DNA of 63,224 bases, the filler included, from Guillardia theta CCMP2712 (lineage: Eukaryota; Protista; Cryptophyta): NCBI RefSeq assembly GCF_000315625.1. It is 6 parts of 6 records of this genome, joined end to end, with 100 filler letters (N's around TTAATTAATTAA, not from the genome) between each part and the next. Parts side by side here need not be neighbours in the genome. Positions count along the whole stretch, not along the records: positions 21,953 to 52,456 come from NW_005434490.1; 5 more parts are not named here. One strand, 5' to 3'. The position numbers were made by a program, and so were the translations under genes. Below the pieces are notes generated by a model that did no database searches, had not been told where the DNA came from, and saw only the letters and a list, made by a program, of their open reading frames with translations. The stretch's first letter is position 1. Every line of letters starts with the position of its first letter. This document shows, in pieces, positions 25,651 to 35,166 of the stretch.

Positions 25651-28283
25651 GGCATCGCAAGTCAGCTTTGATGGCCATTATGGCCTTCACAGGCGTGGCT
25701 GGCCCTCCGAAGCTCAATCATGATGCATCGCCAATACGATATCAAATATCAAAATAAAAATATCAATGTTGAAAGTTTCCCGCCACTGTGAACTCTGCGA
25801 AGCCGTACAGATATGAGGATGTGCAGCGTTTGACAGAGCAAGACAAGTCAGGTGAGCATTTATCTCTTTTTTTTTCATCGAAATTATCACGGGAAGAGAT
25901 CCAAATGACGTGTTCTTGATGCAGGTTGGAATGATTTGCAGCCTTTGGCAACTTGTATGAGATTGATGAACGGGTGAAGACTTTGGCAAGTGCCCAACCA
26001 ATATTACAAACCGGTATCCAGGAGTACGTAGACGTACCAGTAAGCCGCCCAGCATACAAAACTCTCGAGACAATGGCTGCATACGAAGGGGTTTTCGACA
26101 CATCGCAGAACTGTCCCGATGTGAAAAGGTTGTGACATGAAATGGGCACAAACAAAGATAAGTTCAGGACTCGGGAGTCGATCAGGTCTAGGCAAAATAT
26201 TGACATGGTCATCTCACTGCATGGAAGAACATGCAAAACTGAAGGAAAAGCTCAACAGAAAGTTCTAAATGAACATCTACAGCGCATTTTAGCAGTCACG
26301 GTCGGAGCAGGTTGATGCTTGAAACAAAGATGATCCTCAGTACAATCGAATGATGACAAGTAAGTCCCGTGGTTCGTGAAGGATTCTTCATCCAATTCTT
26401 AAGGATGTGTTGGAACGATGAAACATTTTGCAAATCACCAATTTCATCACACTGACTGATGCATCATGTAAATATTACTGGTGTGAACTTGCATCAGATT
26501 CTGTTCATCGGATGAACCGCTACCAAGCAGTTGATGTCACAGCAAACAAGAGAGCCGTTTTGAAGATGCTGATATTCCTGACCGTAGAGCATTCAAGATG
26601 TGGCCACATGTCACATGCTTCTTGGTTAACGCAGATACACCCTCGCCAGGCAAAAGATGGAACGTCTTCAGGATTACAGGGAGGTCGGTTGTGCTTGTAC
26701 CCTGATTGTAACTCTTCTAATAAAGATATGATAACCTGAATGTGCAATTCTGTTTGTTGATTCACAGTGTTTGCGACTCGATTGCAATCATCGAGTGCTT
26801 GCTCTGTTGAACAAGGCACTCCTCTGTAGAGCCATGCGACAAGAACACTACAGTTGCACGGTAGCATTGCGACACCAAGACAGGATTGATCCGATGAACG
26901 TCTCATTTATTGATACGCAAAGGCGTCATCTGCACATTGTTTCATTTCTGACTAGGTTTCTGTGCAATCGAAATCCTTGTGAAAATATCATGAACGAGGA
27001 AAAATTTGAAGCGAAACGGAAAAATCATCGAAATATGATCATGGATATAGTGATTCATGATCAACAACGGTTCTCTACAGTCATCTATGCGGGCAGGAAC
27101 AGTCATCTTCTGTGCAAACGTCTCTTCATGTATCGTTGAACGGTTGAGTGCATGTAAGACTTGCCTCCATAGAAAGGTGAAGTGCATGAATCCTGACTGT
27201 AAGACTAGAAGAATTGAAAGCAAGTGATGACATGAGAACACATATCTAGACAGAAAAGTCGCTCAAGGTACAGCTGGATACAAATTTCTCACAAATCACA
27301 GTCATGCATTTGAGCGCAACGTGCAACCTACGGCAATTTGAATAAAGGGTCAATCAGAGTTGATTCTGTTCAATGGTGTATCGATTATCAATTCCTTACC
27401 TGATCATAAAAATTTCATCTTGTCTTCGAAGAATATTTGCAAGTACACCCGCGGATTGTTTGAACCTAGGGTGCATATTCCATTGCAGGATGGATGATTC
27501 AAAACCTTGGCCCAACCTGTAGAGTTGAGAAAGAAGCTCGATCATCTCTTACAGGTATGATATGAGATCTTCATCTCATTTCTATCTCAGTTGGGTTGGA
27601 TTCGAAGTCTCTCAATATCAAGGTTCATCCTGGTGAGTCAGGAAGGCACCATTTCATCGCTTCTTGCTCGTCCAGGGAGAGGGGGCTTGGGGAATGAGAA
27701 ATGGGGGTTACCCCCACCCCCTATTGTAGAGTTTCAAACTCGTTCAAAGGTGGGTAGTTGAGGGTGCTCCATACCCACCCCACCACCCAAAATGACTCAA
27801 ACGGAGGGGTTCTCGGATCCGAAGGAGTCCCGCCTCCATCACCCCCTCTCATTTGAATTGAATGGTTCAGGCCGACCCCACATACAGGCTTGCAGTTTTC
27901 TTATGTATGCCCATATGATTTGATCGGACAGGCCCCAGGTTCAAGGGATGAAGCAATCACCAGCATGCTTGAAGATTTTTCATGGGAGTGGGGTTATACT
28001 TGTACCGGGTGTGTACAATACATAGGGGAGAAACCCGAATGGTACCAAAAGAGTACCAAAGTCACATGGTTCGGACTGTACTAACTGGTACCAAGAAATT
28101 GTACTCAAGAAGACCCTACCCCTGAAAAAGTCCTGCTTGGCTCTTCGTGATTTGAATTCGGAACACGGTCGGAAGACCCACCCCGCCCCCACATGAGGCG
28201 TGGTATGCGTGGATTTGAATCTGCCACCCTCACCGCGAAACGTTTTAAAGCTACAAGGTCAATTGAGAAAGGCAACGCTATGA

Positions 28284-30584
28284 GTGAGGAAGAATGTCCC
28301 GCTGGTGGTCCTGCAGCATCTCATAACCCATCTGGCCCAGCTGATGACCCTGAGTGGCTTCAGGCTCCTTTTCAACGAGACCACCTGCGTCTCCAAGCAC
28401 ATACTGCACGAGATCAACACCTTCTTCTTTGTGGTCATGGAGCCTTTCCTGAGCTCGGACGTGAACGAGCAGCTAAGGTTTACGAGGAAGCAGGAGGGTC
28501 TGATGTTCTCACTGGGAATCCCTCAGCACATGCAGCTGATCGTGTTGAGAAGGATCATCAGTGAGTTCCAGAACCCGCGCCGCGACAAGGGCGAGTGGTT
28601 CGACTTCGATGTCATCCTGAGGGATTGCATGATGGAGCTCATGTTTGCGGACCTCTCGGTGCAGACTCTGGTCTCCTCGTATGTGAGCAACATCACATAC
28701 GACACGGTCATGTATGTCATGTTCCGGTCTGCGATGCGCCTGTTGCAGGTACCGGATTCGTACTCCCTCCCCTTGTTGGTGAGGGTGGTGAGGGCGGGGG
28801 GTGTGCAGAATGTCCCGGAACTGGATGAGGCGGAGAGGGTCGCCATGATCGAGCTGAGGGAGTGGATCAACGGGAGGCTGAAGTTCCTCGTGATGGCCCG
28901 CGACCTCTACACCTCGAAACCCCGAGACCAGCCCGATGCACAGCCTTACAGCTACCTGGGGATCAACGAGAACTACACGAATTCAGAGGGGAGGACGGTG
29001 TTCATAGCCGACAACTGCCTGTTTGCCGAGGGTGTGGCAGAGGAGGACGATGAGAGCAGCAAGAATATCTGGAACACAATGAGGAACTTTATCGTGATGA
29101 TACCCGAGTTCCAGAACGCATTCTCCAGCTTCCGCATGCACAAGGATGCGATCACGCCCACCCTTTTGAATCAGCTCTTCAACATGAAGAAGATCAATCG
29201 AGAGTGTCTTGACATGCTCTTCGGTATCGACAAGCTGAAGTTCACTCGTATCCTTGAGGCCCTGGGGGTGAACATGTCTCTTGTGCCCCTTTGTTGGAAG
29301 AACATGTCCCTGCATTCTGCCTTGAGGGACGAGGGGAATCGAAATTCCAACGTGTTCAATCTTGTCTATGTGGGGAAGAATTCGTGTGTGTTGACTGTCA
29401 ATATGATCGCCCTGGTGGTGTTGTCTCCCTTCTTCCAACCGGACAACATCAACATCCTACACCAGCTGCAGCAGAGGCATACGACCTGCAAGGCCGTGCA
29501 GATGGCGATGGTCCAGAGGGTGCCGAGGGCGTATTGGCCCATGGGGAGCTTCCCGGTCATGCAGGTCGATCACCACGGCAAGTGGCTGAGGTTTGCCATG
29601 CCCGCCGCGGAGAAGGTGCCATACCATGTGAGCCTGTTCCCTAGGGATGACAGCATCGACTGGTGCCACAAGGTGCCGAAGCTGAATGGGAGCACCTCAC
29701 AGCTCTATCCCTTCTACGAAGAGGAGACGGCTGTGTGTGGGAGCGTGGTAGGCATGGTGAAACGCATGAAGGATGGCATGTCCCTCTCCGATGAGAGCAC
29801 ACACATTGACGACTACTTCGAGGTGATCAGGAATATGGGGGAGGAGGTCACGCATAGCTTCTTCAATCTGGACAGCGATAGCAAGGAGCGCTACATATTC
29901 TACAACGGAGGGCAGTGGATACTGGTCCTGTTGGGCGGCAGTAAAGACGCGACCGTATCTGTCTTTGACGAGGACGAGACGGGGGAGAACCTCATCCTCA
30001 TGGAGGACATAACCACTTCGGTGAGTGGCTTGCATGGGGTGTTGATGGGCCTGCATGCCGTCCCCTTCCCTCGTATATTCACGGAGAGGCTGGTCTACGG
30101 CGGGCAGGGCTACCGCGGTTACTTCAGGGGCTTGCAGGAGTCCGACTGCATCAGCGACTTTGGGGTGGTGAGAAGGAACAGTGAAGGTACGTGGCTGGAC
30201 TCCGAGGGTGTCTATTCAGTCGAGTTCTACGACGCGGTGTCGGGGGGACCACGGATTGCGTCTGTCTCGGTCCTGCATATCGCCAAGGTGCTCGTTGGAG
30301 AGCTGCAGAGGATGGTGGTCTCGTTCGACTCCTTCCCCAAGGGCAAGCTATTCCTTCCAAGCCGTGAGGAAGACGGGCTGCTCTACGTCTATAACTACCC
30401 GTCCATCCGGCCTTCGGTGGCGGTGGGCATGTCCTGCTACTCCAATGGGATCTACGAGGAGGCGCTGGAGACGATGATCTTCCACGTGAGGTACTGGAAC
30501 CTCTTGCACGAGAAGATAGGGACAGAGACGGACGATGTCATCAACGAGTGTGTCGCCTACTCCTCCATTTGGGAGGTGAATTGA
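28284..30584 (+). CDS. Large intronless ORFan (766 aa), putative viral protein, 5' end decayed
   Basis: Long stop-free ORF with G/C-ending codon bias and no low-complexity introns. It begins at GTG directly after an in-frame TGA. Confidence 0.75.
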   Translation: MRKNVPLVVLQHLITHLAQLMTLSGFRLLFNETTCVSKHILHEINTFFFVVMEPFLSSDVNEQLRFTRKQEGLMFSLGIPQHMQLIVLRRIISEFQNPRRDKGEWFDFDVILRDCMMELMFADLSVQTLVSSYVSNITYDTVMYVMFRSAMRLLQVPDSYSLPLLVRVVRAGGVQNVPELDEAERVAMIELREWINGRLKFLVMARDLYTSKPRDQPDAQPYSYLGINENYTNSEGRTVFIADNCLFAEGVAEEDDESSKNIWNTMRNFIVMIPEFQNAFSSFRMHKDAITPTLLNQLFNMKKINRECLDMLFGIDKLKFTRILEALGVNMSLVPLCWKNMSLHSALRDEGNRNSNVFNLVYVGKNSCVLTVNMIALVVLSPFFQPDNINILHQLQQRHTTCKAVQMAMVQRVPRAYWPMGSFPVMQVDHHGKWLRFAMPAAEKVPYHVSLFPRDDSIDWCHKVPKLNGSTSQLYPFYEEETAVCGSVVGMVKRMKDGMSLSDESTHIDDYFEVIRNMGEEVTHSFFNLDSDSKERYIFYNGGQWILVLLGGSKDATVSVFDEDETGENLILMEDITTSVSGLHGVLMGLHAVPFPRIFTERLVYGGQGYRGYFRGLQESDCISDFGVVRRNSEGTWLDSEGVYSVEFYDAVSGGPRIASVSVLHIAKVLVGELQRMVVSFDSFPKGKLFLPSREEDGLLYVYNYPSIRPSVAVGMSCYSNGIYEEALETMIFHVRYWNLLHEKIGTETDDVINECVAYSSIWEVN

Positions 30585-30637
30585 TGGAGCTGTCCATAGA
30601 TAAATATTTATTGTGTCACCTCGGTAGCGTTGAGTAA

Positions 30638-30922
30638 ATGGATAACTGGATCGCCCCGACCTGTGCCCAGGAGAGTGCGTCTCTGATCGAGAAGCCGATG
30701 GGCATGTCACTCAAGGGGGTGGTTGATGCGATGGGTAGCGTGCCCGCATCACTCTTTACGTGGAGGTCGAAGCCCCCGCTCTCGGAAGAGCCGAGCTACA
30801 CATCCCAGCCCTGCATGCAGCAGACAGTGTACGATCTTGAGCAGAACGCCATGGTATCGATGCCATTCTACAGCTCCATCACCTCTTCCGCTGTGATCGG
30901 CCCGGACAACCCGGATTACTGA
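30638..30922 (+). CDS. Small intronless ORFan (94 aa), putative viral protein
   Basis: ATG lies within TAAATG, 53 bp after the previous stop; the stop overlaps the convergent ORF by 7 bp. Confidence 0.6.
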   Translation: MDNWIAPTCAQESASLIEKPMGMSLKGVVDAMGSVPASLFTWRSKPPLSEEPSYTSQPCMQQTVYDLEQNAMVSMPFYSSITSSAVIGPDNPDY

Positions 30923-32424
30923 TTGAACATGAGGGCCTTGAAGAGCTCTGCCTCGTTGATGGGGTTCTGGCTTACGAAGGTCTCCACGGACTGGATCACT
31001 GGGAAGCTGAGCACCGGGAGGATGTGCCTCCAGCAGTCCTTCCAGATGTGCTTGACCTGGTAGGCGCTGACGTACAGCTGCAGGAGGCGGGAGAGGGTCA
31101 TCTCCTTCATGTTCTTCTGCGAGAGGCCGTCGAGGCACTCGTCCTTGAACTTGGCGAGCTCTAGGAATGCGTGGGACCTGAAGTCGATGTTGCTTATGAT
31201 GTTGCATATGACGCTGTACTCTGGATTCACCACCGGGTTGTTCACGATCGTGGTTGCGAGGTCCTTGGTCAGGCAGCGGCTGATCCATTCGTGGTGGTTG
31301 ACCGTCGGCATCGACATGAGGAGATACACGGAGTGCCTCGTCTTCTTGCTGATGGTATTGGGGAATTTCACAAAGTTCATCCATACGTCGAAGGTGTGCA
31401 TGTTCTGCGCGGAGATCCCTACCTTGCTCTCCGCCTTGATGTCCTTGAGGAAGGAGGTGAGCCTGGGCCTCCCCTGGTAGACCTCGATTTCCTTCTGCTT
31501 CATGTGCCTGTCTATCTCCTGCTTGGTAAACATGTAAACCTGGATGTCGCTCTGGAAGGTAGGCGCCACCGTGATGCAGCCGAGTATCGTCACGGCGGCC
31601 TCGTTGTACTCCTCCGTGGTGAAGCGCTGGTCCCCGAGCTTGGCCGTGAACTGCAGGCACCGCGTCCGGATGTTCCCCCCTATGATGTCGTCGAGGTACC
31701 GCTCCATGGCATGGTATCCGGTGAGCCCCACGATGTTCAGGAGGAGGTACACCTTGATGACGTCCGTGACCCATATCTCGTCCGCCCCTACGAATCCCAC
31801 CCCCCGCAGCAGGGAGCGGAAGGTGTTGAAGTAGGCCAGCGCCTCTACCTCCGTCTGCACGTCCTCTGTGAAGTGGATGTTGTGCAGGAACGTCAGCCAG
31901 CAGCTGGTGTCCCCCAGGCTGTTCTGGTTGCACTCGACGATGTTCTCCTTGGCCCAGCCCCAGTCCACAAAGGGGACGTCGATGCGCTTGGACTTGAAGA
32001 TGCGCTCGAACACCTCGCTGTGGGTGATGCCCTTCATGTTGCCGCGTCGGATGATGAAGGCGGTTATGGAGGCTATGTGCTCGTAATCCACCCCGATGTC
32101 CTTGCATGTCTTGATGTACTGCCCTGTTACCTTGTTGCTGATGAACTTGCCGACGGCCTCCTGCGTGGGCTCGGTGGATACAGGGATGTGCGCCCGCCTC
32201 GGGATAGACCCACCTATCCCGACCTTGAGGAGTGCGTTGGACTGAGTGTGGGGTTTCTTGCTGCTCTTGTCGAAGAAGGTGAAGGAGCTCTGCTGTGCAC
32301 CCACGACCTTGAGGTGCTTCATGTCTCTCAGCGCATTCGTGTTGATGTTGTCTATACCCTTGAGGGTAGCCATTCTTGCTGTGTGTGGGTCTGGTGCATT
32401 GTAAATATACAGGTTTTCAATCAT
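30916..32424 (-). CDS. Intronless ORFan (502 aa), putative viral protein
   Basis: Protein-like composition with G/C-ending codon bias; TAAATAC immediately upstream of the ATG. Confidence 0.8.
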   Translation of the reverse strand: MIENLYIYNAPDPHTARMATLKGIDNINTNALRDMKHLKVVGAQQSSFTFFDKSSKKPHTQSNALLKVGIGGSIPRRAHIPVSTEPTQEAVGKFISNKVTGQYIKTCKDIGVDYEHIASITAFIIRRGNMKGITHSEVFERIFKSKRIDVPFVDWGWAKENIVECNQNSLGDTSCWLTFLHNIHFTEDVQTEVEALAYFNTFRSLLRGVGFVGADEIWVTDVIKVYLLLNIVGLTGYHAMERYLDDIIGGNIRTRCLQFTAKLGDQRFTTEEYNEAAVTILGCITVAPTFQSDIQVYMFTKQEIDRHMKQKEIEVYQGRPRLTSFLKDIKAESKVGISAQNMHTFDVWMNFVKFPNTISKKTRHSVYLLMSMPTVNHHEWISRCLTKDLATTIVNNPVVNPEYSVICNIISNIDFRSHAFLELAKFKDECLDGLSQKNMKEMTLSRLLQLYVSAYQVKHIWKDCWRHILPVLSFPVIQSVETFVSQNPINEAELFKALMFNQ

Positions 32425-32436
32425 GGTGTATTTACG

Positions 32437-33204
32437 CTAATGTACAGCCCCGGTATTGTCTGTTTTGGCGGGTTTGACGAATTTCACGGGCTCCCTCCTC
32501 TGCGTGTCGATGTGCAGCACCCGGCACAGGGTCCAGGGGTCGTGGCCCAGGTTGACGATGCACTCCACCTCGTGGGGGACGTTCTTCGTGAACCACTCGA
32601 AGTTCTTTGTCGCGCTCGCCTCGTGCCCTATCCATTGCAGGGACACGAGGCCCTTCATATCCTTGAACATGCCCAGTAGTATCTTGTATCGCTCTAGCGG
32701 GTCGCTGTTTGTGACGCTCTCACCCTTGTACATCGCGATATCATAGATCAGGACCCTGGGCTCCATGCCCCTCTCCGTCCTGTCCTCGACAAAGTGGGAG
32801 AGGATCATCGTTGACTTGGGAACCCGATGCCCCAGCATAACGCACTCGGACGCAAAGAGTATGCGCCCGTTGATTCCAACATAGGTCCTCTTGCTGTCGT
32901 CGACGTAGATCAGAACGGGGACCCTGTGCCTCGGGAGCCAGGTAGCCATCCTCACCTTCCCACACTCATCCGTGCACTCCCTCAGGTTCCGGCACCTCGG
33001 GTTGGTGCAGACAGGGTGCGTCCCCCGGTGGAATGCGTGCAGCTCTACGACCGACTCCCTGGTCATCTCCGTGGGCATGCCGAACACGTCGAAGGACTCG
33101 CAGACGCACAGATGAACCACCGCCTTGGCCACCATGGGGTCGCACTCCCAAGAGGCCATACAGGCCAGGGCGGCGTTGCCAAACAAAACCAAAAAAGTCC
33201 CCAT
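32437..33204 (-). CDS. Divergent covalent nucleotidyltransferase-fold protein (mRNA capping guanylyltransferase / DNA ligase / snurportin-like), putative viral
   Basis: TMILSHFVEDRTERGMEPRVLIYDIAMYKGESVTNSDPLERYKILL resembles motifs III-IIIa and the following helix of capping enzymes. No clear KxDG motif I. Likely start is MGTF at 33204. Confidence 0.6.
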   Translation of the reverse strand: MGTFLVLFGNAALACMASWECDPMVAKAVVHLCVCESFDVFGMPTEMTRESVVELHAFHRGTHPVCTNPRCRNLRECTDECGKVRMATWLPRHRVPVLIYVDDSKRTYVGINGRILFASECVMLGHRVPKSTMILSHFVEDRTERGMEPRVLIYDIAMYKGESVTNSDPLERYKILLGMFKDMKGLVSLQWIGHEASATKNFEWFTKNVPHEVECIVNLGHDPWTLCRVLHIDTQRREPVKFVKPAKTDNTGAVH

Positions 33205-33251
33205 CCTCCCATCTTCGCCCTTTTTATTTTCTGTATTTAAACGATGCATCT

Positions 33252-34517
33252 ATGCCGCCGGGTGAGAACATGAAAGCCTCCTCGCTCATCACTCTCCTGC
33301 CTTACCTCATACAATGGGGTTCGATCTTCTTCCAGTACCGATATATGGACAACTTGCTGACTGATGTCGCGGACGTCGCCGTCAGCGTCAACCTGTTCAT
33401 TTTCAACATGTGCACGGGCAACTACCTCGTGTATGCCAACCATGCGAACCTCGCGCTGGGCGTCTTGAGCATCTCCGTCTGGAGGTCCATGATCTGCGCC
33501 CTGCATTGGATGATCATCCCAAAAGATCCCACCGACGAGCTCTATGTGCCGCTGATGCTGCCCATAGAGGCCATGCCTCTCTTCCGGATCCTGTTCATTC
33601 ACAAGTACCCGGTGTTGACAACCAGCGTGAGCATCGATCTTATACCCCTGTTAGCCCTCATGAGCCTGGAGTTCGTCTCCACTTACCTGACGACCAACGG
33701 TATCTGCCAGTGCCATTGGGGAAAACTGAATCTAAGCATGGTAGTGGCGCCTACATTCTTCACGAGATCCTTCAACGTGATGTACTACCTGAACATCATC
33801 GGCATTTTCCATGTGATGTACGCGCTTCTATCGTTCATGAGCACCATGTATTTACTTATGGAGGCTGACACGTTGAACCTATACAAACACACGGCCAAAC
33901 TGGCCCGATTGCAAAGAGAAATAGTACCGTACGTCAAGACCGACCGTGACATGGCGAGGAAGATACTGGACGAAATAGACTCTGTGTCTATGTCCATCTC
34001 AAAGAGTGATACCACCATACACGTGTTCATGGTCTTGTACACCCTATCGAGTTTATTTTCGGTGCTGCCGAAATTCCACTTTTCGTACTCCGACGGCGAA
34101 AGTTCAACCTGCATGCCGATATACGTAAAAGACAACAGAGTGAATACAAAGACTTTCCACAAGAGGCTGCGCGATGGCTTCAGACCCCTCTTCAAGCTTG
34201 CCGTCGTATGCAATACGGCCGGATACGTCACTTGTGGCGTCATCATCGCGGCCTTCTATGTGGTCACTCGCAACTCTGTTATCGCACTCTCATCTATCTA
34301 CGTACTATGGATGCTCTCTACGCTGCAAACAATGCATATCGGTGACTTCTTCACCTATATCGACCAGCTGTACACGAAGCACCCTGACAAGAATAGGTAT
34401 TTCCATATCAAAACTGCTGTGACAATGCATAACTGTGCGTTCGTCACCCGGATGTGTTTCACATACCTGGTGATGCCACCGACGTTGTACGTTACGTTTG
34501 CCTATTCCTGGTGGTAG
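33252..34517 (+). CDS. Intronless polytopic membrane protein (421 aa), putative viral
   Basis: Many hydrophobic segments in two blocks separated by a charged helical linker; divergent from the 33204 ATG across a 47-bp spacer with an AT-rich core. Confidence 0.75.
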   Translation: MPPGENMKASSLITLLPYLIQWGSIFFQYRYMDNLLTDVADVAVSVNLFIFNMCTGNYLVYANHANLALGVLSISVWRSMICALHWMIIPKDPTDELYVPLMLPIEAMPLFRILFIHKYPVLTTSVSIDLIPLLALMSLEFVSTYLTTNGICQCHWGKLNLSMVVAPTFFTRSFNVMYYLNIIGIFHVMYALLSFMSTMYLLMEADTLNLYKHTAKLARLQREIVPYVKTDRDMARKILDEIDSVSMSISKSDTTIHVFMVLYTLSSLFSVLPKFHFSYSDGESSTCMPIYVKDNRVNTKTFHKRLRDGFRPLFKLAVVCNTAGYVTCGVIIAAFYVVTRNSVIALSSIYVLWMLSTLQTMHIGDFFTYIDQLYTKHPDKNRYFHIKTAVTMHNCAFVTRMCFTYLVMPPTLYVTFAYSWW

Positions 34518-34642
34518 TTGGATTTAAGATTAAACCGCGTATCAAGATAATCCGTGCTCTGATGCTCCTGTGTGTATATATTCCATCCTCCCACTTACCG
34601 CCCTAGATCATCTCGGATACCCTCCGGCTGCCCGCCCTTAGC

Positions 34643-35137
34643 ATGACTGCGGTGCATGCGACGATGCCGTCGGACAACATCTTCTCGGGCATCAAGCCGG
34701 ACGACCGGGTGGTGATCGAGAACGTGATCGCCGTGATGAAGTCACTCAACCGCGACCTCTCCTTCTCTGACTTTGAGGTCCGCAGCACCCAGAATGGCTT
34801 CGTGCTGATCGCCAAGACATCCTCCCATGTCATGGTGGGGATCGACGATCTTCACACCGCCCTTGCACGTCGGGGGTGCATCCCCCCTCAGCTCTGCAAG
34901 CATGAGCTGTCCTACTACCAGGATACCGCTTCGCGAAGTTCTTCACCCTCTCGACGTGGCATGATCTCCGATACAGCAGGTTGCGAACGCTCTCATCATA
35001 CTGTAGTACCATGCTTAGAAAGCTTTTTGAACTATACGAACCTCTTGCTCGCAGCTTCCTCCGGTCCCCTTGCGCTCTCCCTACGCGCCGCAGAGCAGCA
35101 TGCCTCTGTCAGGGGCCCCCTAAACCCTAAACCCTAA
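34643..35137 (+). CDS. Putative viral ORF; probably truncated near 34860 and reading through into foreign/telomeric DNA
   Basis: The N-terminal ~72 aa share the codon style of the block. The C-terminus loses it and ends in PLNPKP* inside the telomeric tract. TATATA upstream at ~34576. Confidence 0.5.
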   Translation: MTAVHATMPSDNIFSGIKPDDRVVIENVIAVMKSLNRDLSFSDFEVRSTQNGFVLIAKTSSHVMVGIDDLHTALARRGCIPPQLCKHELSYYQDTASRSSSPSRRGMISDTAGCERSHHTVVPCLESFLNYTNLLLAASSGPLALSLRAAEQHASVRGPLNPKP

Positions 35138-35166
35138 ACCCTAAACCCTAAACCCTAAACCCTAAA
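35118..35166 (+). repeat. Interstitial telomeric repeat (CCCTAAA)7 = (TTTAGGG)7
   Basis: Seven perfect units; Arabidopsis-type telomere repeat. Confidence 0.97.

Larger units (their letters stand above)
27660..34860. mobile_element. Endogenous large dsDNA virus-like fragment (Mirusviricota/Nucleocytoviricota candidate)
   Basis: Six intronless ORFs with intergenic distances of -7 to ~125 bp, AT-rich micro-promoters and no microsatellites, contrasting with all host genes in the window. No capsid or polymerase hallmark is visible. Confidence 0.6.

Noticed and set aside
30749-32679. Long alternative ORFs (452 aa minus, 502 aa plus) overlapping the viral genes
   Set aside because: Shadow frames produced by strong G/C-ending codon bias of the real ORFs.
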